NCBI GenBank assembly: GCA_018304175.1
Contig: JAGVWT010000003.1
Coordinates: 1 to 64,000, forward strand
From: Candidatus Pacearchaeota archaeon
GTDB lineage: Archaea; Nanobdellota; Nanobdellia; Pacearchaeales; GW2011-AR1
Direction: 5' to 3'
DNA: 64,000 nt
Part shown: positions 26,716-36,285 of the stretch, piece after piece
Layout: the number at the start of each line of letters is the position of its first letter
Numbering within the stretch: position 1 is the stretch's first letter
The notes under the pieces: model-generated
Databases searched by the model: none
Told to the model about the DNA's origin: nothing
The model's input: only the letters and a program-made list of their open reading frames with translations
Position numbers and translations under genes: made by a program

Positions 26716-27756
26716 ATGCTCAATAAAAACCAGATAGAAGAAATTAGGAAACATCTTGAAAAGGCTCAAAACCCGGTTTTCTTTTTCGACAATGATTCTG
26801 ACGGTTTGTGCTCGTTTCTTTTGCTTCAGAAATATTCCAACAAGGGAAAAGGAATTCCGATAAGGTCTTTTCCAGAGCTTTCAGTTGAATATTTCAGGAA
26901 AATTTTTGAGCTGAACGCAGATTATATTTTTATTCTTGATAAACCACTTATAGCTGCGGAATTTTTTGAAGAAGCGAAAAAATACAACATTCCAATTGTT
27001 TGTATAGACCATCATGACATAGACAAATCAAAAATTCCAGAATTTGTTAATTACTTCAATCCTGTCTTTGACGGTGTTAACGACGGACCAACAACATATC
27101 TTTGCTACCAAATTTCACAGAAAAAAGAAGATATGTGGATTGCAATTGTAGGATGTGTTGCTGACAGGTTTCTCCCTGATTTTTACCAAGAGTTTAGGGA
27201 AATTTATCCTGATTTGACAATTGACTCTGAAGATGCTTTTGAAGTTCGTTATAAATCCCAAATAGGTAAGATTACGAATATGCTTAGTTTTGCTTTAAAG
27301 GACAGGACTACTAACGTCGTGAACATGATGAAATTCATGTCAAATGCCAAAAATCCTTACGAAGTTTTGGAAGAGAGTCAAAATAATTACACAATGCATA
27401 AAAGATTTAACCAGATTAACTTAAAATACAAAAACCTGCTTGAAAAAGCTGAAAAATTTTATAATTTAAATAAAAAGATTTTGTTTTTCAAATACGCTGG
27501 AGATTTGAGTATAAGCAGTGACGTGGCGAATGAGCTTTGTTATATGTTTCCAGATAAAATTGTAGTTGTTGCTTACATCTCTGGAATGAAGGTGAATATT
27601 TCTGCTAGAGGTAAAAAAGTGAGGGACGCTGTTTCTAATGCAGTTGAAGGACTGGAAAATTCAACTTCAGGAGGGCATGAAGAAGCTGTCGGAGCAAAAG
27701 TCATGACTGAAGATTTGGAAAAATTTAGGGAGAAAATCGAAGATTTTTATAGTTGA
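26716..27756 (+). CDS. DHH-family phosphoesterase
   Basis: DNDSDG, ILD, IDHH and C-terminal GGHEEAVG. Confidence 0.9.
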   Translation: MLNKNQIEEIRKHLEKAQNPVFFFDNDSDGLCSFLLLQKYSNKGKGIPIRSFPELSVEYFRKIFELNADYIFILDKPLIAAEFFEEAKKYNIPIVCIDHHDIDKSKIPEFVNYFNPVFDGVNDGPTTYLCYQISQKKEDMWIAIVGCVADRFLPDFYQEFREIYPDLTIDSEDAFEVRYKSQIGKITNMLSFALKDRTTNVVNMMKFMSNAKNPYEVLEESQNNYTMHKRFNQINLKYKNLLEKAEKFYNLNKKILFFKYAGDLSISSDVANELCYMFPDKIVVVAYISGMKVNISARGKKVRDAVSNAVEGLENSTSGGHEEAVGAKVMTEDLEKFREKIEDFYS

Positions 27757-27964
27757 GAAAATATCCTCTTTTCTCTATGGTTCGCTTCGCTCACAATATT
27801 GTCTTTAGTAACTAAAAATCTAAAACAATTACAGTTTTTTCTACCATTGCTATTTTAGTTTTCTTTTGCATTTTAGATTTTCTTTTTCTAAAAGAAAATC
27901 CCATTTTTCTAAAAAAGAAACCCAGAAGCGACAAATTTATAAATAGGGTTTTTCTAATACAAAT

Positions 27965-28129
27965 ATGGGAAAAGGGCTAAGCGTAGCGAAGCAATGGAAC
28001 AGAATGAATGCAATGACTTGCCTGGTTTTTCCTATAATTAAATATCTTTAATTTAATTCGGGTTTACAGCTATGAATTAAATTAAGGATTGCTTCTATAA
28101 TTTAGTTTTGGCTGAATTCCCGAATTAAA
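27965..28129 (+). ncRNA. Putative structured RNA (two stem domains) behind an archaeal promoter
   Basis: TTTATAAA 27936-27943; stem 27968/28032; 78-nt hairpin 28052-28129 with about 31 paired positions. Confidence 0.4.
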
Positions 28130-28141
28130 CCATATCGGATA

Positions 28142-28267
28142 ATGAAAAAAGAAGACATGGAACACGAATTCGTGAAGGAGGAGTTAGGTGCTTTGTTTGA
28201 GCTTACGATTAAGCTTGAAGACGAGCTTAATCAAATTTCAGTAAAAAATAAATTCGAATACGAATAG
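28142..28267 (+). CDS. Possible 41-aa acidic peptide
   Basis: MKKEDMEHEFVKEELGALFELTIKLEDELNQISVKNKFEYE*; protein-like composition, no SD. Confidence 0.35.
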   Translation: MKKEDMEHEFVKEELGALFELTIKLEDELNQISVKNKFEYE

Positions 28268-28308
28268 CACTTCAAAGAAAGATTTTTATTAGCCGTTATG
28301 CTTCAAAA

Positions 28309-28644
28309 TTATCTGCTTTTGTTTTGCTTCAAAGGAACATTGTCCAGCAAATTATCTCTTCTCAATCTTTGATACAAACTATGATTTTCAACTCGTAGTT
28401 TTCCCCTTATCATTCCCACATGATGTTTTTGATAGTATTCTAAAGGATTACCACCAAAATTTGTATTTTTTATAGGAACTTCACCGAGCAGTCTGTCTTT
28501 CCATAATCTCTTATACAAACTATAATCTAAAGTTGCTAATTTACCTCTTGTTAATCCCAAATAATATCTATTATAATATTCAAGAGGATCTTGGCTTTTG
28601 TCGGTTCTTTTAGCCCATCTTAATATGTTCTCAACATTTTCCAC
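28309..28644 (-). CDS. Hypothetical protein with two internal ~45-aa repeats
   Basis: PLEYY...G..RGKL....SLY.RL..D.LL..VP occurs twice. Confidence 0.75.
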   Translation of the reverse strand: MENVENILRWAKRTDKSQDPLEYYNRYYLGLTRGKLATLDYSLYKRLWKDRLLGEVPIKNTNFGGNPLEYYQKHHVGMIRGKLRVENHSLYQRLRRDNLLDNVPLKQNKSR

Positions 28645-28720
28645 GAAGAAAATTATATAAAATTATTTATAAAATTTATGAAATTTAGTACTATCTTAAC
28701 AAGATGTTGAATTTTAAAAA

Positions 28721-30166
28721 TCAATAACTTTTCGCGATGTAAACAATTACGCTGGCTTTTTTGTCGCAGATTGCACATTTTCCTGAAACTTTTGTTTTTT
28801 CGTCAAGTCGTGTTCCTCTAACTTCAGCTCCAATGTTTTTTTCAATGACTTCAGCGCATTTTATTCCATCTGCTTGAGTTGAGCAGAATCTACATTTTGC
28901 AACTAATCCTTCTTTTATTGCTTTTTCCATTTCTTTTATGTCTTTAACTTCCTTTATTCTATTGTCAAAAACTCTGTCAGCTTTTTTTATAAGATTTTTT
29001 GTAAATTCTCTGGAGATTTTTGATATTTCTTTCACAATACTTTTTTCTGAGACTACTATTTTTTTGTCCAAATCTCTTCTGAATATTGTTACTTTTCCTT
29101 TTTTAGAGTCCTGCAAACCTAAATCAATTCTTATTGGAATACCTTTCATTTCCCAATAATTAAATTTCTCTCCTGGTCTTTTGTCTGAGTAGTCAATCTC
29201 AACATTCACAATTTTCTCAATTTCTTTTTTTATTTTTTCTGCTTTTTTGTTGAGTTTTGCATCAATTGGCACGATAACTGTTTGAATTGGAGCAATTTCC
29301 CAAGGAAATTTTAGGCCTTTATCATCTCCGTGAGTTATTACAACTGACGCGAAAATCCTGGAAATTGCGGGACCATAGCATGTCATGAAAGAATATTTGT
29401 CTTTTCCATCTTTGTCTTTGAATTTCACATCAAACGCTTTTGAAAATTCCTGTGAAATCATATGTGTTGATGGTTGTTGTATAACTTTTCCATCAGGATT
29501 TAAAGCATCAGCTGCAAATGTTCTTGAAGCTCCTGGAAATTTGTCCCATTGTGGTCTTTCAAAAAATATGAATGGAACTCCAAATATGTCATGCATAACT
29601 TCTTTTGTTGTTTTCATGTCTTCCTTAACTTGCTGTAATGCATTTTTTTCACTTTCATGTGCACAGTGAGTTTCAATCCAATGGAATTCCCTACTTCTCA
29701 GAAAAGGGCGGGTTGCTTTTGTGTCATACCTAAATATATTTGCCCGTTGATATGTTTTAAATGGTAAATCTTTGTAGCTTCTTATCCATAACGAGAACAT
29801 TTGATAAAAAGCTGTTTCGCTCGTCGGACGAAGTGCTAAAGGTTCATCTAGTTTGTCTTTTCCGCTTGAAGAAATCCAAAAGACTTCTGGAGTAAAACCG
29901 CTGAGATGTTCGCTTTCTTTTTTTAGATTGCTTTCAGGAATTAGTGTTGGGAACCAGTAGGGCTTGTGTCCTTTTTTCTGGAGATTTTTTTCCATGTAAT
30001 CATACATTTTTTCCATTGCAAGAACAGACCATGGCTGAAAAACTAAAAATCCTTTAATATTGTACCTTAAATCAGCCAGCTCACATTTCTGAACAACTTG
30101 TGTAAACCATTCACTGAAGTTTTCATTTTTTTTTGCAGTTATTCCTTCTTCTGATTTTTTTGACAT
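28721..30166 (-). CDS. proS: Proline--tRNA ligase (archaeal/eukaryal type)
   Basis: LRPTSET, RYDTKATRPFLRSREF, HGDDKGL, WEMKGIPIRI, C-terminal Zn domain. Confidence 0.96.
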   Translation of the reverse strand: MSKKSEEGITAKKNENFSEWFTQVVQKCELADLRYNIKGFLVFQPWSVLAMEKMYDYMEKNLQKKGHKPYWFPTLIPESNLKKESEHLSGFTPEVFWISSSGKDKLDEPLALRPTSETAFYQMFSLWIRSYKDLPFKTYQRANIFRYDTKATRPFLRSREFHWIETHCAHESEKNALQQVKEDMKTTKEVMHDIFGVPFIFFERPQWDKFPGASRTFAADALNPDGKVIQQPSTHMISQEFSKAFDVKFKDKDGKDKYSFMTCYGPAISRIFASVVITHGDDKGLKFPWEIAPIQTVIVPIDAKLNKKAEKIKKEIEKIVNVEIDYSDKRPGEKFNYWEMKGIPIRIDLGLQDSKKGKVTIFRRDLDKKIVVSEKSIVKEISKISREFTKNLIKKADRVFDNRIKEVKDIKEMEKAIKEGLVAKCRFCSTQADGIKCAEVIEKNIGAEVRGTRLDEKTKVSGKCAICDKKASVIVYIAKSY

Positions 30167-30167
30167 T

Positions 30168-31037
30168 TTAAATTAAACTTTGATTTAAATTTTCTGTTGC
30201 AATTTCATTAATGGAACCTTTTATGTAATTTGATTCTAATGCAAAGCCGAGGCTTTCTCCTCCGCTAGTTTTGAAATTATTAATTCCTATAACTTTTCCT
30301 TCTTTATTAATTAATGGACCTCCTGAATTTCCGGGATTTAATGCAGCGTCTGTTTGAATATATGCGCCGATTTCATTAGTGCCTTCCCTGTTTACTGCAG
30401 AAACAATTCCCTCCGAAACACTGAACTGCAATCCAAGAGGATTTCCTATTGCGATTACTTTTTCTCCGATTTGAACTTTATCTGAATCAGCTAGTTCAAG
30501 CGTTGGATAATTTCCCGGGATTTTTAATAAAGCTACATCAAATAGTCCATCATACCCTATAAATTCTGCATCCCTTTTTGCTTGGTCGTAGGTTATTACT
30601 GTTATACTTGAAGCTAAATATCCACTATCATCTGCTAAAACATGCGCGTTTGTTACTACATAACCATCACCTGAAATTATGAATCCTGATCCTTGATATC
30701 CTGCACTTGTCTTTATTGTTACAACTGATTTAATAGCTGTTTCAACTATTCCTGAGAAATCAGCGCTTGTTGTGGCCTTTATGGAGCTAATCTCGTCGCT
30801 GATTGAGCCGAGTTCAGTATTGATAAATTCATTCGTCTCTGAAACACTTTCAACCAAATCATTTATTTTTACCTGCGTATCTGCTTGAATTTCATTAAGC
30901 TTTTGATTTAACAAATTATAATTTATTTCTTGTTTAACAAAGATGATATAAGTAAAAGTGCCAGAGGCAATCATAAAAATTACAACAAATGAGCTAAAGC
31001 CCCCGATAAGCCATTTGTGGTGTGTTTTCAAAGCCAT
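30168..31037 (-). CDS. Membrane-anchored trypsin-like (HtrA-type) serine protease, no PDZ
   Basis: GSGF, VTNAHV, DVALLK, IQTDAALNPGNSGGPL. Confidence 0.92.
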   Translation of the reverse strand: MALKTHHKWLIGGFSSFVVIFMIASGTFTYIIFVKQEINYNLLNQKLNEIQADTQVKINDLVESVSETNEFINTELGSISDEISSIKATTSADFSGIVETAIKSVVTIKTSAGYQGSGFIISGDGYVVTNAHVLADDSGYLASSITVITYDQAKRDAEFIGYDGLFDVALLKIPGNYPTLELADSDKVQIGEKVIAIGNPLGLQFSVSEGIVSAVNREGTNEIGAYIQTDAALNPGNSGGPLINKEGKVIGINNFKTSGGESLGFALESNYIKGSINEIATENLNQSLI

Positions 31038-31116
31038 TTTATCTCATGGAAAACTTTATTTATATTCTTTTTGAAACTATATCAAACTTTATAAGAAAAC
31101 AAATATTTTAATTGTA

Positions 31117-31244
31117 GGGCTTATAGTTTAACGGATAGAATAACAGGTTTCGGTGAGGAAGTTTGCGAAGACATTTATTTTGATGCCATTGCGAGCGGGC
31201 TTCGGAATACCCTGTTGATGGGGGTTCGATTCCTCCTAAGCCCA
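31117..31244 (+). tRNA. tRNA-Arg(TCG) with 37/38 intron (about 31154-31209)
   Basis: gggctta/taagccc acceptor, acagg/cctgt anticodon stem with TT-TCG-G, TTCGATT T-loop. Confidence 0.88.
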
Positions 31245-31459
31245 TAATTCTCCTCGCCATGTTCGGTTATTTTATTTTCCCAAATTCATTATTCTTTCCC
31301 ACCCCCTTCCCTTCAAGCCATATTAATTAAATATTGGGGGTGCATATTCTTACCTCTTTTAAATAAGTTATATTAACAACGCAAAATTTTTCTGGATTAA
31401 AAATTTATATCAAACTTGAGCGATTTTTAAGCGAACGCGGTGAGCGATGAGATTTTAAA
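31245..31459. repeat. Dispersed MITE-like element, copy X (conserved L and R ends)
   Basis: L end 28/32 identical to 43509-43540; R end (31429-31459) 27/31 identical to 40864-40894; L and R are imperfect inverted repeats. Confidence 0.65.
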
Positions 31460-31518
31460 TGAGGGTAAGTTTTTAGTCTTCTGAAAAGTTTTTATACCAA
31501 ATTTTGCTAATTTTGTTT

Positions 31519-32664
31519 ATGAGTGAAAAAGAGGGCTTCAGTGGTGACTGGAAAAAAGGGACTTTTTGGATTTTGGCTTTTACTTTAGCCGGCACGACTA
31601 TAGGGGCGGGAATTTTTGGATTGCCATATGTTTTTTCTAAATCAGGATTTGCTGTTGGGATTTTCTGGCTTTTTCTTTTGGGTTTTATGATGATTCTTAT
31701 TAATCTTTATCTCGGAGAAATAACTTTGAGAAACAAGAGAATCCACCAGTTACCTGGTTATGCGAGAATTTACCTTGGAAAAACCGGGGAAAAAATAATG
31801 CTCTTTACGGTTGTATTTGGAATTTATTCTGCGTTGCTTGCTTATTTAATTGGAGAAGGACAAAGCCTTTCGCAATTATTTTTTGGGCATCTTGATTACA
31901 GTATTTATTTTGGAGTTCTGTTTTGGTTTTTAATGACTCTTTTATTGAGGCAAGGGCTTGGAGGACTGAAAAGGACGGAATTTTTTGGTGTCCTGACGAT
32001 AATATTTATTATAATTATAATATCTATACAATTTCTCCCACAAATAAAAACAGAGAATTTAACAACTGTCGATTTTTCGAATTTTTTCTTTCCTTTTGGA
32101 GTTATTCTCTTTGCACTTCTTGGTTATACTTCAATTCCTGAATTGAGAATTGAATCAGAGAGAAAAGGAGACAAAAAAATACTTAAGAATGCAATTATTC
32201 TTGGAACTTTGATTCCTATTTTTTTGTATTTTGTTTTTGCACTTATTTTTCTGGGAGTTTTAGGAAATGAAGTTGAGCAAGTATCAACAATTTCTTTTAG
32301 TAGTTTAGTAATTGTTTTAGGAGTTCTGACAATGTTTACAAGTTATTTTGTTTTGAGTTTTTCTTTAAAGGATGTTTTTTATTATGATTTAAAAAGAGAC
32401 AAATTGACCTTTATTTTTGTTTCTGTAACTCCTTTGGTTTTTTATCTTCTTGTGACATTTTTTGATTTGGCAAATTTCGTCCAGGTTTTAGGAATTGGGG
32501 GGGCTGTTTCTGGAGGGCTTGCTGGAGTATTGATTTTGATTATGCATATAAAATCAAAGAAATTATCTAAAAGAATTCCTGAGTATTCAATCCCTTCAAG
32601 CTGGCTCGCTATAACTCTCTTGAGCCTGATTCTATTGGTAGGAATTATTTTTGAGGTGTTTTAA
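31519..32664 (+). CDS. Aromatic amino acid permease (TyrP/Mtr-like, APC superfamily)
   Basis: GTTIGAGIFGLP, about 11 TM segments, YSALLAY, GY.SIPE. Confidence 0.8.
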   Translation: MSEKEGFSGDWKKGTFWILAFTLAGTTIGAGIFGLPYVFSKSGFAVGIFWLFLLGFMMILINLYLGEITLRNKRIHQLPGYARIYLGKTGEKIMLFTVVFGIYSALLAYLIGEGQSLSQLFFGHLDYSIYFGVLFWFLMTLLLRQGLGGLKRTEFFGVLTIIFIIIIISIQFLPQIKTENLTTVDFSNFFFPFGVILFALLGYTSIPELRIESERKGDKKILKNAIILGTLIPIFLYFVFALIFLGVLGNEVEQVSTISFSSLVIVLGVLTMFTSYFVLSFSLKDVFYYDLKRDKLTFIFVSVTPLVFYLLVTFFDLANFVQVLGIGGAVSGGLAGVLILIMHIKSKKLSKRIPEYSIPSSWLAITLLSLILLVGIIFEVF

Positions 32665-34037
32665 CTCCCAAGATTTTTAATCAAAATTTCCTTGGCTGTT
32701 TTAAAATCTGCGCGTTTTTTTGAAAGTTTCATTATCTGACCGACGAGAAAATTCAAAGCGTTTTCATTCCCTGATTTGTAGTCTTCAATTGCCTTTGAAT
32801 TTTCCTTTACAACTTGCTTTACTATTTTTTCAATTTCATCTTCAGATGAGATTTTGGTGTGTTTTTCCATTTCTTTTAATGGAGAAAATGAATCTGGAAT
32901 GAATTTGTTCAGGATTTCTTTTGCCTTTAATTCTGTAATAACTTTTTTGTTAATTAAATCCAAGAGTTCAATAAAATGCTGCGGATTAATTGAAACTTCA
33001 TCCAATTCCTTTTTTGAATAATTTAAAACTCTTAATAATTCCCCAGTTATCCATGGAATTGCAAGTTTTGTTGGAACTTTTGAACTGGAAATAACATCTT
33101 CGAAGAATTCAACAATTTCAGGCCTTTTAGTCAAGACTTTTGCACTTCTCTTTTCTATTTTGTATTTCTTTACGAGCTTTTTTACTTTTTCTTGAGGAGT
33201 TTCTGGAAGATTTGATTTTATCTTATTAACACGCGATTTTTCTATTTTTATTACTGGCAAATCAGGTTCTGAAATAAACCTGTAATCTTCCGCTTGCTCT
33301 TTTGTTCTCATCCTTGTGGTTTTTCCTGTTTTTTCGTCAAACGCCCTTGTCTCTTGGATTTTGGGAAGCTCTGAAGGTTTTTTTTGCCTGATTATTTCAT
33401 ACTCAATCGCTGTTTTTACATTTGTTAAACTGTTTAAGTTTTTTAATTCAACCCTCTCACCTTTTAATTCTGGAAGTGATATATTTACATCAGCTTTTAC
33501 GCCGAGAGATTTATCTATTGTTTTTGTGTATTTCAAAGTTTCAATCAATTGTTTCAACCAATCAATAACTTGCGAACTTGATGTGAAATCAGGTTCAGTT
33601 ACTATTTCAATTAAAGGATAACCTGATTTGTTGTAATCTACTTCCCCATTTAGTGGGTTCCATGCAGCAGGGTCTTCTTCAAGATGCGCCTCTGTTATTC
33701 TTATGCCGAGGAATTTTCCTCCAACGCCAAGAGGAATTGCGTAAGGTCCTGAAATTGTTGACTGAAAACCTTTTGGTAAGTCAGGCCAGTTATAATGTTT
33801 TCTCTGCCAGATTAATTTGCTGTTTATTTTGCAGTTTAGAATCAAGCATATCTGAATTGCCTTTTCAATCGCGGTTTTATTAGGAAGCATTGGCTTGCTC
33901 CCGGGTTGGGCTGTGCAAATTGGGCAAATATTTGTGTTCGGTTTTACAAATTTCTTTCCATGAACAGCATCGCATTTACAGAACAGTTTTTCTTTTGTGT
34001 TCAAGTATCCGTGAATTTCCAAGCCTATTTTAGCCAT
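32661..34037 (-). CDS. gatB: Asp-tRNA(Asn)/Glu-tRNA(Gln) amidotransferase subunit B
   Basis: IGLEIH, CPIC..PG..P, RKHYNWPDLPKGFQ, HLEED, PLIEIVTEPD, DYRFISEPDLP. Confidence 0.95.
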   Translation of the reverse strand: MAKIGLEIHGYLNTKEKLFCKCDAVHGKKFVKPNTNICPICTAQPGSKPMLPNKTAIEKAIQICLILNCKINSKLIWQRKHYNWPDLPKGFQSTISGPYAIPLGVGGKFLGIRITEAHLEEDPAAWNPLNGEVDYNKSGYPLIEIVTEPDFTSSSQVIDWLKQLIETLKYTKTIDKSLGVKADVNISLPELKGERVELKNLNSLTNVKTAIEYEIIRQKKPSELPKIQETRAFDEKTGKTTRMRTKEQAEDYRFISEPDLPVIKIEKSRVNKIKSNLPETPQEKVKKLVKKYKIEKRSAKVLTKRPEIVEFFEDVISSSKVPTKLAIPWITGELLRVLNYSKKELDEVSINPQHFIELLDLINKKVITELKAKEILNKFIPDSFSPLKEMEKHTKISSEDEIEKIVKQVVKENSKAIEDYKSGNENALNFLVGQIMKLSKKRADFKTAKEILIKNLGS

Positions 34038-34146
34038 TTGAAAACAACCTGCTGGTTTTTTTCGATTTTCCTCAAAGCACTGAACAGCGATTTCAAACTG
34101 CCTCCGAGGAAATCGCAATTTTATAAAATAAAATCAGTTTATTAAA

Positions 34147-34527
34147 TTGTTGTTTGAGTACCACCATAAAATTTTTAAACCTGCTCCTGTTATGAAAAAA
34201 ATGGGATACCGATTCTTTGCATATAGGAGCAATCTTACTTTTAAAGATAGTAATAAACCATTATTTGGATATTTGCTGGCAAAAGATAAAAAATCATTTG
34301 GAGATGTTCTCGATAATATGTCAGTTAATGATGTTAATTGTATTTCTAGAATTGTTGATCAAGCTAGTGAAAGTGCAAGGAAAGGCGAATTACATGAAAC
34401 TAAAATATCTTTAGATAAGCTGCTTGAATTGGCAAGAAGTAAAAATTTTGATGCAGATGAAGTTTACAAAGTCATATCCTTAGAAGCATTCTATTATAAT
34501 CAAAATCAGGCAATGTCAGTTCAATAA
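34147..34527 (+). CDS. Hypothetical protein
   Basis: ORF filling the gap between gatB and gatD; no motif recognised. Confidence 0.5.
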   Translation: MLFEYHHKIFKPAPVMKKMGYRFFAYRSNLTFKDSNKPLFGYLLAKDKKSFGDVLDNMSVNDVNCISRIVDQASESARKGELHETKISLDKLLELARSKNFDADEVYKVISLEAFYYNQNQAMSVQ

Positions 34528-34557
34528 CTTTTTATATATGATTTGTTTTTTCTTTTG

Positions 34558-35880
34558 ATGAAAACTCAACAACTAGTACCAAAGCCAGGAGACTATGTTG
34601 AAGTTCATTTAATCAAGAAAATTTATGAGGGAACTTTGCTTGAGTCGCCCAAAGATGATAAAGGAATTATCTTGCTAAAACTTGATTCTGGTTACAATAT
34701 TGGTTTTAACAGAAAGGATATATTGGAAGTAAAACTTGTAAAGAAAGCTTTAAGCAAAAAAGAAGAAGTCGAAGTAAAAACTTCGAAAGAAAAGCCCAAC
34801 ATTGCTATGATTATTACAGGGGGAACAATTTCTGCGAGGATGAATCCGAGGAAAGGAGGTGTTGATTGGTTGGACAGTCCTGAAAGTTTGTTTAAATTTT
34901 ATCCGGAAATTTTTGATTTAGTGAACATTTCTAAAGTTGAAGTCCCATTCATGAAAGCTTCAGAAGACATGGATTTTAAAGATTGGCAAAAACTTGCGAA
35001 AGTAACAGAGAGATTTTTGAACGATGGTAGTATTAAAGGTGTGATAATTACTCATGGAACAGATTTTCTGCACTACACAGCTGCCGCATTAAGTTTTTTT
35101 CTCGGAAATCTGAATAAACCCGTCGTTTTAACCTACAGCCAGCGCTCGATAGATCGTGCAAGTAGTGATGCTAATTTGAATCTTCAATGCAGTGCTTTGG
35201 CTGCAATTTCAGATATTGCAGAAGTAATGCTTGTAGGGCATGCAACTAGCAATGATGATTTTTGTTATGCAATTCCTGGAACAAAAGTAAGAAAAATGCA
35301 CACATCTCGGAGAGATGCTTTCAAAGCTATAAACAGAAAACCTTTTGCGAAAATATTTCCAAATCAGATGGAAATTTTGAGTGATTTCAATAACAGAAAT
35401 TCAGGCAAGAACAATAAAATAAAAATTGATGCTAAATTTGAGGAAAAAGTTGCATTAGTTAAATTTTACCCTGGGCAGGAACCAGATATTTTAGATTATT
35501 ACGTGAAGAAAAAATATAAAGGGATTGTTTTGGAGATGAGCGGATTAGGGCATGTTGCATCAAGTCGCGCACGACAAGGAAGATCATGGATAAAAAAACT
35601 CAGAAAAATTCAAAGTAAAGGAATTGTAGTTTGCGCGACGTCGCAAACAATTTATGGCAGAACTGATGCGTTAGTTTACTCAAACGGCAGGGAGATATTG
35701 AATACAGGAGTGATTTATCTTGAAGATATGCTTTCTGAAACAGCGCTTGTAAAATTATCTTGGGTTTTGGGACATAAAGATTGGGCAAAAAACAAAGAAA
35801 CTGTTAAAGAAAAAATGCTCCACAATTTTTCACATGAAATAAACAAAAGACTGGAATTTGAAAAAGATTTTAGCGAGTGA
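34558..35880 (+). CDS. gatD: Glutamyl-tRNA(Gln) amidotransferase subunit D
   Basis: KLDSGYNIG N-domain, TGGTIS, THGTD, SQRSIDRASSDA, KMHTSRRDAF. Confidence 0.95.
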   Translation: MKTQQLVPKPGDYVEVHLIKKIYEGTLLESPKDDKGIILLKLDSGYNIGFNRKDILEVKLVKKALSKKEEVEVKTSKEKPNIAMIITGGTISARMNPRKGGVDWLDSPESLFKFYPEIFDLVNISKVEVPFMKASEDMDFKDWQKLAKVTERFLNDGSIKGVIITHGTDFLHYTAAALSFFLGNLNKPVVLTYSQRSIDRASSDANLNLQCSALAAISDIAEVMLVGHATSNDDFCYAIPGTKVRKMHTSRRDAFKAINRKPFAKIFPNQMEILSDFNNRNSGKNNKIKIDAKFEEKVALVKFYPGQEPDILDYYVKKKYKGIVLEMSGLGHVASSRARQGRSWIKKLRKIQSKGIVVCATSQTIYGRTDALVYSNGREILNTGVIYLEDMLSETALVKLSWVLGHKDWAKNKETVKEKMLHNFSHEINKRLEFEKDFSE

Positions 35881-35881
35881 A

Positions 35882-36223
35882 ATGGTTTTTGAAAATATCC
35901 TTGAGTTTACTCAAAAAATAGAGCCTGTTTGGACAATTATTTTAGTTCCAGTTTGGCAAGAACTTGTTTTTAGGTATTTGCCTTATAAATTTTGGTATTT
36001 GCCGTCGGGAAATATTTTATTAGTTGGAATTGTAAGCTCCATAGTTTTTGCTCTTATTCATTTGTATTTCGGCAAATGGTTTGTTTTGCTTGCTTTTTTT
36101 GCAGGGTTACTTTATTGGGTGATTATGGTAAAATTCGGGTTTATATACGCTATTTTAGCTCACTCTGCTATCAACATTATTGACTTATCATTTGGGATAA
36201 GATATTATGTAATGAACTTGTAG
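35882..36223 (+). CDS. CPBP/CAAX (Abi) family intramembrane metalloprotease-like protein
   Basis: P.WQELVFR, FALIH, AILAHSAIN. Confidence 0.75.
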   Translation: MVFENILEFTQKIEPVWTIILVPVWQELVFRYLPYKFWYLPSGNILLVGIVSSIVFALIHLYFGKWFVLLAFFAGLLYWVIMVKFGFIYAILAHSAINIIDLSFGIRYYVMNL

Positions 36224-36285
36224 GTTTATTTCTGCCTAGTTTCTGGAATATTAAATTTAATAAACTGGTTTTTGCTTATTGTTAA

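Noticed and set aside
27757-28308. RNase P RNA or SRP RNA in the gene-free gap
   Set aside because: No GAGGAAAGUCC-type P4 motif or SRP helix-8 motif found on either strand; only an isolated AACAGAA.
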